Positions 29,553-40,710 of a stretch of 40,710 nucleotides of DNA are shown in pieces (the first letter of the stretch is position 1; every line of letters starts with the position of its first letter). This stretch comes from Vicinamibacteria bacterium. GTDB taxonomy: Bacteria; Acidobacteriota; Vicinamibacteria; Vicinamibacterales; UBA8438. The position numbers and the translations under genes are program-made. The DNA lies in assembly GCA_963582035.1 (NCBI GenBank), contig CAUZRA010000001.1, positions 1 through 40,710 of the forward strand, read 5' to 3'. The notes under the pieces were generated by a model, which did not search any database, was not told the DNA's origin, and was given only the letters and a program-made list of their open reading frames with translations.

Positions 29553-30440
29553 ATGCCTGATAAAAGAAAAGCACTTGGCCGAGGCCTGAGTGCTCTACTC
29601 CCAGAAATTCCGGGTCCAACCAGCGGTCCTGGACCATCACCTGAGGTAGCAGGCTTCCGAGAGGTAGACCTGGACCTTCTCGAGCCAAACCCGGACCAAC
29701 CACGGTCGGTACTTGATGATTCAAAGCTTGAAGAATTAGCCCAGTCTATTCGTTCGCATGGTGTTATTCAGCCGATCGTTGTAACACCTAATCGGCGTCG
29801 ACAAGGTGGATATCACATAGTCGCGGGGGAGCGGCGTTGGAGGGCGTCACAACGCGCCGGCTTGCTCAAGGTACCGGTCGTCGTACGAGAGGTCGAGCAC
29901 ACGAAACGTTTGGAAATGGCGCTTATCGAAAACATCCAGCGAGAAAATCTTAATCCGATAGACGAGGCATCCGCGTACAAGCGCCTTTCAGATGAGTTCG
30001 AACTTACACAAGCACAGATTGCAGAATCAGTTGGCAAGGATCGAGCAACCGTCGCAAACTACCAAAGGCTACTCAATTTGCCACCAGAGGTGAGAGCTGA
30101 TGTGGCTGCTGGATTCCTAAGTATGGGGCATGCCCGAGCGCTGGTGGCGTTACCCGATGCCCGAGCACAACGGCACATTGCACGGGAGATCCGTTCCCAG
30201 GACCTGTCGGTCCGAGAAACAGAGGCACTGGTCAAACGAATCACCGCGCCGAAACAATCTCCTGGAACAACAACGAGCGATAACGATGTCCACACAAAAG
30301 CGGCAGAAGAGCGCCTCCGTGTCTCTCTTGGAACCAGAGTGCGAATTGTGAGAAGCGGAAAGGGTGGGCGAATCGAAGTCAACTTCACCTCAGAGAATGA
30401 ACTGCAGCGACTTTACGAACAATTCATACGACGAGGATGA
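29553..30440 (+). CDS. parB: Chromosome partitioning protein ParB (Spo0J)
   Basis: 295 aa. It has KALGRGLSALL, the ParB-box/CTPase motif IVAGERRWRASQRAG, and the HTH LTQAQIAESVGKDRATVANYQRLL. Confidence 0.95.
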   Translation: MPDKRKALGRGLSALLPEIPGPTSGPGPSPEVAGFREVDLDLLEPNPDQPRSVLDDSKLEELAQSIRSHGVIQPIVVTPNRRRQGGYHIVAGERRWRASQRAGLLKVPVVVREVEHTKRLEMALIENIQRENLNPIDEASAYKRLSDEFELTQAQIAESVGKDRATVANYQRLLNLPPEVRADVAAGFLSMGHARALVALPDARAQRHIAREIRSQDLSVRETEALVKRITAPKQSPGTTTSDNDVHTKAAEERLRVSLGTRVRIVRSGKGGRIEVNFTSENELQRLYEQFIRRG

Positions 30441-30484
30441 GGATAGGAACTCTAAATTTAAGGTGAGATTTGGAATTGCTTCGC

Positions 30485-30514
30485 TTGTCCGTCCGACTAG
30501 CGCAGTGGTATAAA
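30485..30514 (+). promoter_or_regulatory. Candidate promoter for atpHAGDC
   Basis: TTGTCC (30485-30490), 18 nt, then TGG-TATAAA (hexamer at 30509-30514, extended -10 TG at 30506-30507). The atpH start is about 100 nt downstream. Confidence 0.3.
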
Positions 30515-30615
30515 TAGCTGTTTGGCTTCAGGTTGGAACTTCCCACCCTAGAGAACACCCCGGTTTTGAGATTGTTGCGGCGGGACCGGACCAAACAGAT
30601 AGGTACGAAAGCTTA

Positions 30616-31161
30616 ATGACCAATCGTGCGGTGGCTGCACGCTATGCAAGAGCCTTGTTTGAAGTTAGCCGTGACAGCGGAGATGTAGAAAAGACCGAAC
30701 AGGACATTCTGTCGTTTCAACAACTATTAGATGGCCACGATACTCTTAGGAGCGCACTGTTAAATCCGGCTATCTCGGTAGTGAATAAGCGTGGGCTTGT
30801 CGGAGCGCTCCTTTCGAAGATGCAGTTGTCGGCACTGGCCGCTCGTCTCCTGCTAATGCTTGCTGACCGAGACCGATTGGAATTGCTGCCAGAGGTAAGT
30901 GAAAGTTACAACGCTCTTCTAATGGACCACCTTGGTGTGGTGCGCGCGCGTATTACAACGGCTGAGCCACTGGATAGTTCGCATTTGGAATCAATGGTTC
31001 AGGCATTGGCAAGTGCGACAGACCGGAAAATAAAAGTTGAAACTTCGGTTGACGATACCCTCGTTGGGGGAATGGTGACTCAGATTGGGAGTACTGTTTT
31101 TGACGGGAGTATTGCGCATCATCTTGATCGACTCAGGCAACGTTTTATTACAGGCACGTAA
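30616..31161 (+). CDS. atpH: F0F1 ATP synthase subunit delta (OSCP)
   Basis: 181 aa. It starts RYARALFEV and ends ...LVGGMVTQIGSTVFDGSIAHHLDRLRQ, and it precedes atpA. Confidence 0.9.
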   Translation: MTNRAVAARYARALFEVSRDSGDVEKTEQDILSFQQLLDGHDTLRSALLNPAISVVNKRGLVGALLSKMQLSALAARLLLMLADRDRLELLPEVSESYNALLMDHLGVVRARITTAEPLDSSHLESMVQALASATDRKIKVETSVDDTLVGGMVTQIGSTVFDGSIAHHLDRLRQRFITGT

Positions 31162-31167
31162 GACACC

Positions 31168-32697
31168 ATGACAATCAAAGCAGAAGAAATTTCAAAGATT
31201 ATTAAAGATCAACTCGGTGATTACTCTCTTGATGTTGATGTGGCAGAAGTTGGCACAGTTGTGTCGGTGGGTGACGGGATCGCGCGATTGCATGGTATTG
31301 AAGGTGCCATGGCAACCGAGATGCTCGAGTTTCCAAACGGGATTTATGGGATTGCACTAAATCTCGAAGAAGACAGCGTGGGAAGCGTTTTATTGGGCGA
31401 GTCGAGGCATATTAAGGAAGGCGATACGGTTAAGCGCACCGGTCGCGTCATGTCTGTGCCGGTTGGTGACGCGATGCTTGGTCGTGTCGTGAATGCGCTG
31501 GGACAACCAATTGATGGAAAAGGGCCGATTGCCTCTGACAAGCAATCACCGATCGAAAGGATTGCCCCGGGCGTGGTCGACCGCCAACCAGTGACGGAAC
31601 CTTTTCAAACGGGCCTTAAAGCGATTGACACGATGGTGCCCATTGGTCGAGGTCAGCGGGAACTGATTATTGGTGACCGACAAACCGGAAAGACAGCGGT
31701 TGCCCTTGACGCGATCATTAACCAGAAAGGCCTTGACGTCGTCTGTATTTACAATGCTATTGGTCAGAAACAATCAACGATTGCGCAAGTGGTTCGAACT
31801 CTCGAAAACGAGGGTGCGATGGAGTACACGATCGTGGTAGCAGCCGCGGCGTCAGACCCAGCATCGTTTTTGTATATCAGTCCTTATTCTGCATGCACGA
31901 TCGGTGAGCATTTTCGAGACACGGGACGCCATGCGGTCTGTGTGTACGATGATTTATCAAAACACGCTCAGGCCTACCGTGAAATTTCACTGTTACTGAG
32001 GCGACCACCAGGGCGCGAGGCTTTTCCAGGCGACGTCTTTTACTTGCACTCGCGTTTGTTAGAACGCGCGGCTAAATTGAATAATGAGCAGGGTGGTGGG
32101 TCGTTAACGGCGTTGCCGGTTATCGAGACACAAGCGGGAGATCTCTCGGCTTATATTCCGACGAACGTCATCTCTATCACCGACGGCCAGATCTTTCTTG
32201 AATCAGACTTATTTCACCAGGGAATTCGCCCGGCTATTAATGTCGGCAATTCGGTTTCACGAGTCGGTGGCAATGCCCAAGTGAAAGCAATGCGACAGGT
32301 GGCTGGCACGCTCCGGCTTGACCTCGCGGATTTTAGGGAACTCCAAGCATTTTCACAGTTTGGTAGCGATGTCGACAAAACTACGCAGCAACAACTAAGC
32401 CGGGGAAGTCGGCTCGTTGAGCTTTTGAAGCAGCCACAATATCGGCCATTACCAGTCGAGCGGCAGGTCATTCTTCTTTTTGCTGGAACGAAGGGGTTTC
32501 TTGATCGTGTTGCGGTGGCAAGCATCTCAAACTATGAACAGGGTTTATACCAATTTATGGATGCGCGGCATTCGGAAGTCGTTTCTCGTGTGGCTTCTGA
32601 AAAGAAACTGGATGATCAATTAACAGCTGATCTTGAAAATGCCGTAAAAGAATTTACTGGGCAATTTATTGCGACGAATAACGATGCGGCTGCGTAA
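31168..32697 (+). CDS. atpA: F0F1 ATP synthase subunit alpha
   Basis: 509 aa. It has the Walker [25 protein letters not shown] and [14 protein letters not shown]. Confidence 0.97.
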   Translation: MTIKAEEISKIIKDQLGDYSLDVDVAEVGTVVSVGDGIARLHGIEGAMATEMLEFPNGIYGIALNLEEDSVGSVLLGESRHIKEGDTVKRTGRVMSVPVGDAMLGRVVNALGQPIDGKGPIASDKQSPIERIAPGVVDRQPVTEPFQTGLKAIDTMVPIGRGQRELIIGDRQTGKTAVALDAIINQKGLDVVCIYNAIGQKQSTIAQVVRTLENEGAMEYTIVVAAAASDPASFLYISPYSACTIGEHFRDTGRHAVCVYDDLSKHAQAYREISLLLRRPPGREAFPGDVFYLHSRLLERAAKLNNEQGGGSLTALPVIETQAGDLSAYIPTNVISITDGQIFLESDLFHQGIRPAINVGNSVSRVGGNAQVKAMRQVAGTLRLDLADFRELQAFSQFGSDVDKTTQQQLSRGSRLVELLKQPQYRPLPVERQVILLFAGTKGFLDRVAVASISNYEQGLYQFMDARHSEVVSRVASEKKLDDQLTADLENAVKEFTGQFIATNNDAAA

Positions 32698-32711
32698 CTA
32701 GGCAAAGAGTT

Positions 32712-33575
32712 ATGCCATCACTCATTGATCTCCGCCGACGCCTGCGCGCAGTGAAGTCGACTGAACAGATCACAAAAGCGATGAAGGCAATCTCCGCATC
32801 GAAGTTGCGGAAAGCCCAAGACCGGATGGTGGGTGCTCGACCATTTGCTCAGTTGATGCAGCGCGTGTTGGGTGACTTGGCTCTGCAGGTTGACTCAACG
32901 TCGCATCCACTGCTTTCGGAACCGGTATCACCCAGTACACCCAAACTTCTTGTTGTGGTGACAGCTGACAAGGGCTTATGTGGCGGATTTAATTCCACTT
33001 TGATTCGAAAGGCGACCTCGGTTATTAAAGAGACCGATAGCCACGTTGTGATGGGTCTTGTCGGACGAAGAGGTCGAGATTATTTTGTTAGGCGAGATGC
33101 GGATGTGTGTTTTGAAGAAGTCAACATCTTTAATGACCTTCAGTATTCACATGCTCAGGCGATGGCCCGGATCGCGATCGAACAGTACTCAAGCGGTGAA
33201 GTCTCAGGTGTGTCGGTGATTTATAACGAGTTCAAGAGCGTGATGCAACAACAGGTCGTGGTCGAATCATTGTTGCCTATTCCTAAGACCGCTGTTGAAG
33301 ATGAAGACGGGGCACCGGACGCGGACTACCTTTTTGAACCCGACGCGTCTGAAATTTTTGATGACCTATTACCTCGTTACATTGAGACTCAATTTTTTCG
33401 CGCTTTGCTCGAATCAGCAGCAGCTGAGCACGCGGCACGGATGACAGCCATGGATTCAGCGTCTCGAAATGCCGGAGAGATGATTGACTCTCTAACGCTG
33501 CACATGAATAAAGTGCGCCAGGCAGCCATCACGCGTGAACTGATCGAAGTGGTGTCGGGAGCAGACGCATTATAG
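32712..33575 (+). CDS. atpG: F0F1 ATP synthase subunit gamma
   Basis: 287 aa. It has IKSTEQITKAMKAISASKLRKAQ-type N-terminal helix, CGGFNS, and the C-terminal NKVRQAAITRELIEVVSGA. Confidence 0.95.
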   Translation: MPSLIDLRRRLRAVKSTEQITKAMKAISASKLRKAQDRMVGARPFAQLMQRVLGDLALQVDSTSHPLLSEPVSPSTPKLLVVVTADKGLCGGFNSTLIRKATSVIKETDSHVVMGLVGRRGRDYFVRRDADVCFEEVNIFNDLQYSHAQAMARIAIEQYSSGEVSGVSVIYNEFKSVMQQQVVVESLLPIPKTAVEDEDGAPDADYLFEPDASEIFDDLLPRYIETQFFRALLESAAAEHAARMTAMDSASRNAGEMIDSLTLHMNKVRQAAITRELIEVVSGADAL

Positions 33576-33663
33576 GCTGAGGTGGAAAACTCGGTTCTCG
33601 AATATGGCAGGAATGAGTCCTTGGAAAGAGTGAGTTTATAAGGACTTTACGCGAAGTAGATAG

Positions 33664-35112
<1,449 letters not shown>

Positions 35113-35113
35113 A

Positions 35114-35539
35114 ATGACTCTACCTGCGCATCTGACGCTTGAGCTCGTTACACCGGAACGTTCCGTCGCCTTAGAAACGGTCGATGAAGTCGAAATTCCT
35201 GGGGTAGACGGATATCTCGGTGTGCTCCCAGGGCACACGCCGTTGCTAGTTGCCTTAAAAATTGGAGAGCTTTGGTATCGACAGGGCGAAGAACGAACGT
35301 TTATCTCTGTTGCGTTTGGTTTTGCAGAAGTTCTTCCAGACCGGGTTCGAGTATTGGCAGAGGTTGCAGAAAGTGCAAACGATATCGATATCGATAGAGC
35401 CGAAGCAGCAGCTAATCGTGCCCGTGAAAGGATGGTTTCTTCTGTGGAAGACGCCGACTTCGAGCGCGAGCAGTTAGCACTGCTAAAATCAACGCTACGC
35501 ATCGAAGTTTCGAAAAAAGCACGGTCTATCGGTTCCTAA
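35114..35539 (+). CDS. atpC: F0F1 ATP synthase subunit epsilon
   Basis: 141 aa. It has an N-terminal beta-sandwich (LELVTPERSV...GVLPGHTPLL) plus C-terminal helices, and it starts 1 nt after the atpD stop. Confidence 0.92.
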   Translation: MTLPAHLTLELVTPERSVALETVDEVEIPGVDGYLGVLPGHTPLLVALKIGELWYRQGEERTFISVAFGFAEVLPDRVRVLAEVAESANDIDIDRAEAAANRARERMVSSVEDADFEREQLALLKSTLRIEVSKKARSIGS

Positions 35540-35587
35540 ATATCGCATACTAAACAGGGCGGGTTTCTGAACAGACATCTTTAGAGG

Positions 35588-36358
35588 ATGCGACTCAACT
35601 GCGCTGAGCTTACCGACACGGGCGTTCGCCGCACAGCTAATGAAGACAATTACTGTGTCCGAGAGGACCTCGGTTTATTTGTCGTTGCAGATGGCATGGG
35701 TGGTCATGTTGCTGGTGAAGTTGCTGCACGAGTGGCAATCGAAGAACTCGAACGTTTTGTTGCTAGCACAAAGAACACAGGTCCTAGTGATACTTGGCCG
35801 GTGCCGTTCGACCCGGCGCTTGGACAAAACGGCAATAGGTTAAGTGCGGGAATGATTGAAGCGAATCATCAGATCGCAGCACAGATTAAACGTGATGGAA
35901 ATTTACAAGGCATGGCTACAACAGCTGTCGCAATTCTCGCCAATGGAAAGCCGCCGGCCTTAGCTCACGTCGGAGATTCTCGTGCATACCTTCTTCGCAA
36001 CAAAGAGATTTCACGTCTTACGCGCGACCACTCGTGGGTCGAAGAACAAATGCGAGCCGGTGCGTTGACACCTGAGGGGGCACGGGATCACCCTTGGCGA
36101 AATATAGTGACACGGGCATTGACAGGCACGCCCGGTTTAGAGGTGGAAGTAGCAGAGAATTTCCAGTTGGGTCTTGCTGATCGACTACTCCTTTGTTCGG
36201 ACGGGCTCACGACGGTCCTGTCCGACGAGGCTATAGGAACAGTACTAACAAGCGACCTTGGTCTCCAAAACGTTTGCGAAGAACTCATTCGCCAAGCGAA
36301 TGAACAAGGCGGACCCGATAATATTACCGTCGTCTTGATCGACGTCGATGCTCTCTAA
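35588..36358 (+). CDS. PP2C-family Ser/Thr protein phosphatase (Stp-like)
   Basis: 256 aa. It carries TDTGVRRTANEDN, VVADGMGGHVAGEVA, LLCSDGL and the terminal GGPDNITVVLIDV. The Shine-Dalgarno is AGAGG. Confidence 0.9.
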   Translation: MRLNCAELTDTGVRRTANEDNYCVREDLGLFVVADGMGGHVAGEVAARVAIEELERFVASTKNTGPSDTWPVPFDPALGQNGNRLSAGMIEANHQIAAQIKRDGNLQGMATTAVAILANGKPPALAHVGDSRAYLLRNKEISRLTRDHSWVEEQMRAGALTPEGARDHPWRNIVTRALTGTPGLEVEVAENFQLGLADRLLLCSDGLTTVLSDEAIGTVLTSDLGLQNVCEELIRQANEQGGPDNITVVLIDVDAL

Positions 36359-37175
36359 CCTTCAGCGGCTTCTTCGATATCGCAGTCTCATACACGCGCT
36401 GGTGATGCGTGACCTCAAGGCCCGCTATCGAGGTTCGGTTCTGGGGGTTTTTTGGTCTTTCGCGAATCCGTTACTGCTGTTAATGGTCTACACCTTTGTG
36501 TTTTCTGTCGTACTCCCGGGGCGGTTTCCAGGCATTGACGAAAACTACGCGCTGTTTCTCTTTTGTGGACTTCTGCCGTGGACGTGGTTTTCTTCGTCTC
36601 TAACAGAAGCATCGAACTCGTTGCTTGCGAACGGCAACCTCATAAAAAAAGTGTTGTTTCCTGCTGAAGTTCTTCCGATTGTCGCGGTGATCGCGAACAT
36701 GGTCCATTTTTTTCTGGCCCTACCAATCTTATTTCTTGCGCTGGTTTTCTTTGCCTCTCGATTACCAACAGTAGGTGAACTACTTTGGTTTCCGGTCGTT
36801 GTCGCAGTTCAGTTTTTGATGTCCCTTGGGTTTGGTCTTGGCCTTGCGGCTCTCACGGTTCACTTTCGTGACATCAAGGATTTACTTTCAAATGGGTTGA
36901 CACTGTGGTTCTTTGCGACACCGATTTTGTACCCGTGGACGATGATGGCAGAGCGAGGGCCAATATTTTTTGAACTGCCACCACTTGGCAAATTATTGAT
37001 GGATGCTAACCCAGCTTCACACCTCGTTATCTCGTATCAGGAAATATTGTTTTGGGATGGTCCGTATGGGCACTGGAAATGGCTTCTTTTCACAGCAATT
37101 CTGTCTGTCGGAATGTTTTTCATTGGGTATGCCCTTTTTGATCGATTACGTGATTCCTTCGCGGAGGAAGTGTGA
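36348..37175 (+). CDS. ABC-2 type transporter permease (Wzm/TagG-like polysaccharide export permease)
   Basis: 275 aa with six predicted TM helices. The N-terminal LVMRDLKARYRGSVLGVFWSFANPLL is the ABC-2/Wzm signature. The ATG at 36348 overlaps the PP2C gene by 11 nt. Confidence 0.88.
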   Translation: MLSNLQRLLRYRSLIHALVMRDLKARYRGSVLGVFWSFANPLLLLMVYTFVFSVVLPGRFPGIDENYALFLFCGLLPWTWFSSSLTEASNSLLANGNLIKKVLFPAEVLPIVAVIANMVHFFLALPILFLALVFFASRLPTVGELLWFPVVVAVQFLMSLGFGLGLAALTVHFRDIKDLLSNGLTLWFFATPILYPWTMMAERGPIFFELPPLGKLLMDANPASHLVISYQEILFWDGPYGHWKWLLFTAILSVGMFFIGYALFDRLRDSFAEEV

Positions 37176-38497
37176 GCCACGCAGCTATCACAATTACCAA
37201 CGCTTCGAAGCTGTACCGTAAATACGCTTACCGGCGGCAGTTCTCGACGTTAAAGAGTGCCTTACTCAAAGGGAATCTTGCGAGTGAATTGAGCCCGGAC
37301 GAAGTGTTTCATGCTGTTAATGCTGTTTCCTTGACGGTGGCGAAGGGCTCTACTCTTGGCTTGATTGGTCGCAACGGTTCGGGAAAGAGCACACTCTTGA
37401 AGTTAATTGCAGGAATTACAAAGCCAACCACAGGCATGGTTGAAGTTGGCGGACGTATTTCAGCGCTCATTGAACTTGGCGCTGGGTTTCATCCTGAAAT
37501 TTCTGGTCGTGAGAATGTTTTCATCAACGGTGTGATGCTTGGATTAACTACGGGCGAAATTAGGAAACGTTTTGATGAAATCGTTGAGTTTTCCGAACTT
37601 GAGGATTTTATTGATGCGCCGGTGAAAACTTATTCATCAGGGATGTATATGCGATTGGGTTTTGCTGTCGCTGTCCATGTAAACCCTGACGTTCTGTTGG
37701 TTGATGAGGTGCTAGCCGTCGGTGACGAAGGTTTTAGCCTGAAGTGCTTGGACAAATTTGCGGAGTTTAAGAGACGGGGAAAGACCATCGTGCTTGTAAC
37801 GCATGGGTTGGGCATGGTCGAGCGTTATTGTGACGAAGCTGTTTGGCTCGATGGAGGCAAAGTGTGTGGCACGGGCGACCCCAGAAGGGTAGTTCATGCC
37901 TATACCACTGATGTCGAAAAAGCCGAAGAACGCGTTTTGGCAGAAAGCGACAGAAAACTTCAAATAGCCGTGAGTGCGAAAGGTGAAGTTCCTGTTGTCG
38001 TTGCTGACCAACCGGTCAGTAATGATGAACCACCTGATGACATGTTTCGTGCGACACAGGGACGTTGGGGATCAGGTCCAGTTACGATCGATCGCGTAAC
38101 ACTTGAACACGAGGAAAACGAGGCACATATATTCCATAGCGGGGATCAACTTGTTATCAGGCTTGAGGTTAGTACAACAAAACTTGTTACGGATTTTGTG
38201 TTCGGCATAAGTATCTTTAATGCCGAAGGAACTTGTTGCTACGGAACAAACACTGACATCGAGGAATACAAGCCGGTTGAACTTGTGGGAACCGGTGAAG
38301 TCAAGTTTCTTATCGATCGTCTTGACCTTGTTGAAGGCACTTACAAGCTAGACGTTGCGGCACATACCCGTGAAGGTTTCCAGTACGACTATCATCGCCT
38401 GCTCTATACCTTCCGTGTGAAATCTCAGACTAAAGACGCCGGTATTTATCGCCCTGAACACAGATGGATATTTAGTTCCAATATACGAATCACGTAG
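37172..38497 (+). CDS. ABC transporter ATP-binding protein, Wzt/TagH-like with C-terminal carbohydrate-binding-type domain
   Basis: 441 aa. It has the Walker A GRNGSGKSTLLK, the signature YSSGMYMRLGFA and the Walker B LLVDEVLAVGD. A ~150-aa beta-rich C-terminal domain (GSGPVTIDRVTLE...GTYKLDVAAH...) resembles Wzt C-terminal domains. It has a GTGA overlap with the permease stop. Confidence 0.88.
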   Translation: MSHAAITITNASKLYRKYAYRRQFSTLKSALLKGNLASELSPDEVFHAVNAVSLTVAKGSTLGLIGRNGSGKSTLLKLIAGITKPTTGMVEVGGRISALIELGAGFHPEISGRENVFINGVMLGLTTGEIRKRFDEIVEFSELEDFIDAPVKTYSSGMYMRLGFAVAVHVNPDVLLVDEVLAVGDEGFSLKCLDKFAEFKRRGKTIVLVTHGLGMVERYCDEAVWLDGGKVCGTGDPRRVVHAYTTDVEKAEERVLAESDRKLQIAVSAKGEVPVVVADQPVSNDEPPDDMFRATQGRWGSGPVTIDRVTLEHEENEAHIFHSGDQLVIRLEVSTTKLVTDFVFGISIFNAEGTCCYGTNTDIEEYKPVELVGTGEVKFLIDRLDLVEGTYKLDVAAHTREGFQYDYHRLLYTFRVKSQTKDAGIYRPEHRWIFSSNIRIT

Positions 38498-38583
38498 TTA
38501 TCTAAAGGTGGCCGTCGGTGAAACCCCAACAGGTGCGCAACTGTTAAACTGAACGGCTCGGTACCAGCGTAATCCGATGTTCT

Positions 38584-40710
38584 GTGTCACTTGACACTCC
38601 GTCACTCGCGCTTCGTTCTTTGCTACAAACAACCGCCCTAAAAAGCGGACTCAGACGTGGTCCGTCTGGGAGCCCTTTATCAATTACCGGGCTGACGCCT
38701 ACAGCTCAGCTATTTGCAGCGGCCGTCTTTGCTTCCGAGGCGCCAGTAATATTGATAGTGCCGGCTGACCGTGACATTGAGCGCTTAGCGGCGGACGGGC
38801 GATTTTTTTTGGGTGCTCTGTCAGGTTTCGCTGAATCTGAGGCAAATCGACGAATACTGCCATTTCCCTCGTACGAAGTCGACCCGTATCGAGAAATCGA
38901 ACCACATTTTGAGGTTACGGCTGCACGTGGCCGGACGTTAGCTGCACTGGCGCAGCGCCGAGCCCGTCTTGTGATCGCTTCAGTAGCCGCGGTGCTTCCG
39001 CGGCTTAGTCCGCCTGGTCGTATGCTCGAGGCGGTTATCGATTTACGTTCATCCGGGACGGTGTCTCCAACAGAACTAATCGATCGATTAATGCAGATAG
39101 GGTTTTCTAGGACTGACCCCGTAGATTCTCACGGCCAGTTTTGTTCGCGGGGTGGCATTGTTGATATCTTTCCGGCAGGAGATACGGAACCAGTCAGAAT
39201 TGAATTCGCTGGTGACACGATCGAATCTCTGCGCCGATTCAATCCGAGTACGCAGCGGTCGATCGCAACCCTTGACCGGGTGTCCATTCAACCTTTGAGC
39301 GACCAATTGGAACTGGTGCCTGATGATCTAGGGTCAGTTAATCGTCAGGCTACCTTCCGAGATTATGTCCAACACGCTGGCGGACACCTCATAGTTTCGG
39401 AGCCTTCTGAAATAACGGAACAACTGTCGCGTGTGGCCGAACAGTTTCAAAGTAGTTACACCGACGCGCTCGCGCGAGGCGAGGTGGTGCTCGAGCCGGA
39501 GGCTCTTCAAGTCAGCACTGACGAAGCAACGAGATGGTTTGATCGGGCACCGACCTTCGAGTCGCTTGCGGTCGGTTCGGTTGTATCTAACACCGATGCG
39601 TCAATGACGGCGCGTCACGTTTCCTGCCAGCCCGTCACCGAGTATCACGGCCGCCTTCAAGAGTGGGTTAAAGATGTTCAGCGAGGTCGAGAGCGCGGGG
39701 ACACGATGGTGTTTGTGGCCGAAACGGATGGTCGTGCGGACAGGATTATTGAGTTACTCGCAGAGCACGGATTGGTGGCGTTGCGGCTTGGGCAGCAAGA
39801 AGGTACTTACGTAGCGGCGCTTCTTGTCACGACAGGAATGCTGACACGAGGGTTTCGGTTACCCGATGCCGCCTTTCAGGTTTATGCCGAAGGTGACCTG
39901 TTTGAAAACGAGCACTTGGTTCGTCGTCAGAAACGATCTGTAGCAAAATCTTTTTTGTCGGATTTTCGTGATCTTAAAGTTGGCGATCGAGTCGTACACG
40001 TCGAACACGGTATTGGTGCATTCGTTGGGCTACGCCAATTAGCTGTTAATCGTAATCAAGCGGCGCACGAGTTTATGGAGCTCCGCTATGCGTCTAACGA
40101 CAAGCTGTTCGTGCCTGTCGAACAGTTGGATCTTTTACAGAAATACACAGGGGCATCAAATCCGACACTCGATCGACTCGGCGGCTCAACATGGGAAAAA
40201 GCTAAGACACGTGTCAAGAAGTCGATGCGTGATATGGCTGGAGAATTACTTAAACTTTATGCGGCACGCCATGCATTACCTGGGCATGCGTTTAATGCGG
40301 ACACGCACTGGCAGCAAGAGTTTGAAGACGCGTTCGAGTACGCGCTGACCCCCGACCAGCAGACAGCGGTTACTGAAATAAAGTTCGATATGGAAAAGGC
40401 GACAGCAATGGATCGTCTTTTGTGCGGCGACGTTGGGTATGGAAAAACAGAAGTTGCGGTTCGCGCGGCGTTTAAAGCAGTGATGGACGGTAAACAGGTT
40501 GCGCTGTTGACGGCCACGACGGTACTCGCATTTCAGCATTACAGGACCCTTCGTGAGCGTTTTGCCGCATTTCCGATACGAATTGAGATGTTAAGTCGAT
40601 TTCGTACGAAACCTGAGCAGAAGTCATTGCTTGTCGAACTTGCGGCAGGAAAAATTGAAGTGATTATTGGCACTCACCGCCTTTTGTCGAAGGATGTTTT
40701 ATTCCGAGAC
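38584..40710 (+). CDS. mfd: Transcription-repair coupling factor Mfd, 3'-truncated at the window edge (not in the ORF track)
   Basis: Hand translation of frame 1 is open from the TAA at 38545-38547 to the window end. The first in-frame start is GTG at 38584 (VSLDTPSLALRSLLQTTALKSG...). It contains the UvrB-homology region (...HGQFCSRGGIVDIFPAGDTEPVRIEFAGDTIESLRRF) and the CarD-like RID (LKVGDRVVHVEHGIGAFVGL). It also has YAARHALPGHAF and the helicase Walker A CGDVGYGKTEVA. The exact start is uncertain (TTG at 38620 is an alternative). Confidence 0.93.
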   Translation, partial: MSLDTPSLALRSLLQTTALKSGLRRGPSGSPLSITGLTPTAQLFAAAVFASEAPVILIVPADRDIERLAADGRFFLGALSGFAESEANRRILPFPSYEVDPYREIEPHFEVTAARGRTLAALAQRRARLVIASVAAVLPRLSPPGRMLEAVIDLRSSGTVSPTELIDRLMQIGFSRTDPVDSHGQFCSRGGIVDIFPAGDTEPVRIEFAGDTIESLRRFNPSTQRSIATLDRVSIQPLSDQLELVPDDLGSVNRQATFRDYVQHAGGHLIVSEPSEITEQLSRVAEQFQSSYTDALARGEVVLEPEALQVSTDEATRWFDRAPTFESLAVGSVVSNTDASMTARHVSCQPVTEYHGRLQEWVKDVQRGRERGDTMVFVAETDGRADRIIELLAEHGLVALRLGQQEGTYVAALLVTTGMLTRGFRLPDAAFQVYAEGDLFENEHLVRRQKRSVAKSFLSDFRDLKVGDRVVHVEHGIGAFVGLRQLAVNRNQAAHEFMELRYASNDKLFVPVEQLDLLQKYTGASNPTLDRLGGSTWEKAKTRVKKSMRDMAGELLKLYAARHALPGHAFNADTHWQQEFEDAFEYALTPDQQTAVTEIKFDMEKATAMDRLLCGDVGYGKTEVAVRAAFKAVMDGKQVALLTATTVLAFQHYRTLRERFAAFPIRIEMLSRFRTKPEQKSLLVELAAGKIEVIIGTHRLLSKDVLFRD

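Noticed and set aside
29362-29724. 120-aa minus-strand ORF spanning the parA/parB junction
   Set aside because: It is antisense to two well-supported genes and has no motif support, so it is a shadow ORF.
38699-40539. Five short track ORFs (60-90 aa, both strands) at the right end of the window
   Set aside because: All lie inside or antisense to the continuous frame-1 mfd reading frame. The ORF track missed mfd only because it has no stop within the window.

Overview
This window is the replication-origin neighbourhood of a bacterial chromosome. It is mid-GC with a long diderm-type YidC, and the taxon cannot be determined by eye. Genes diverge from the dnaA/rpmH spacer. The left arm is on the minus strand. 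It runs dnaA, an AT-rich DnaA-box spacer (candidate oriC), dnaN, gyrB, gyrA and a 239-aa lipoprotein. A 478-bp structured non-coding gap follows, then a ten-gene, tightly coupled Mrp-type (CPA3) cation:proton antiporter operon. That operon has a fragmented MrpA and three NuoL/M/N-like pump subunits. The right arm is on the plus strand. It runs rpmH-rnpA-yidD-yidC-jag-mnmE-mnmG-rsmG, then a 400-bp AT-rich spacer carrying a perfect palindromic parS, then parA-parB. Next come the F1 ATP synthase genes atpHAGDC (no Fo genes), a PP2C phosphatase overlapping a Wzm/Wzt-type ABC exporter pair, and the 5' 709 codons of mfd. The mfd gene is absent from the ORF track because it runs off the window. The far left holds the 3' part of glmS, a small unannotated membrane-peptide ORF and a UvrD/PcrA helicase, all on the plus strand. 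I recognised no rRNA, tRNA, CRISPR array, transposase, integrase or known defence gene. I do not see a convincing novel multi-gene system. The items most worth follow-up are the structured GC-rich gap upstream of the mrp operon, the permuted and fragmented Mrp architecture, the lipoprotein appended to the gyrase operon, the 39-aa membrane ORF, and the PP2C-Wzm overlap.
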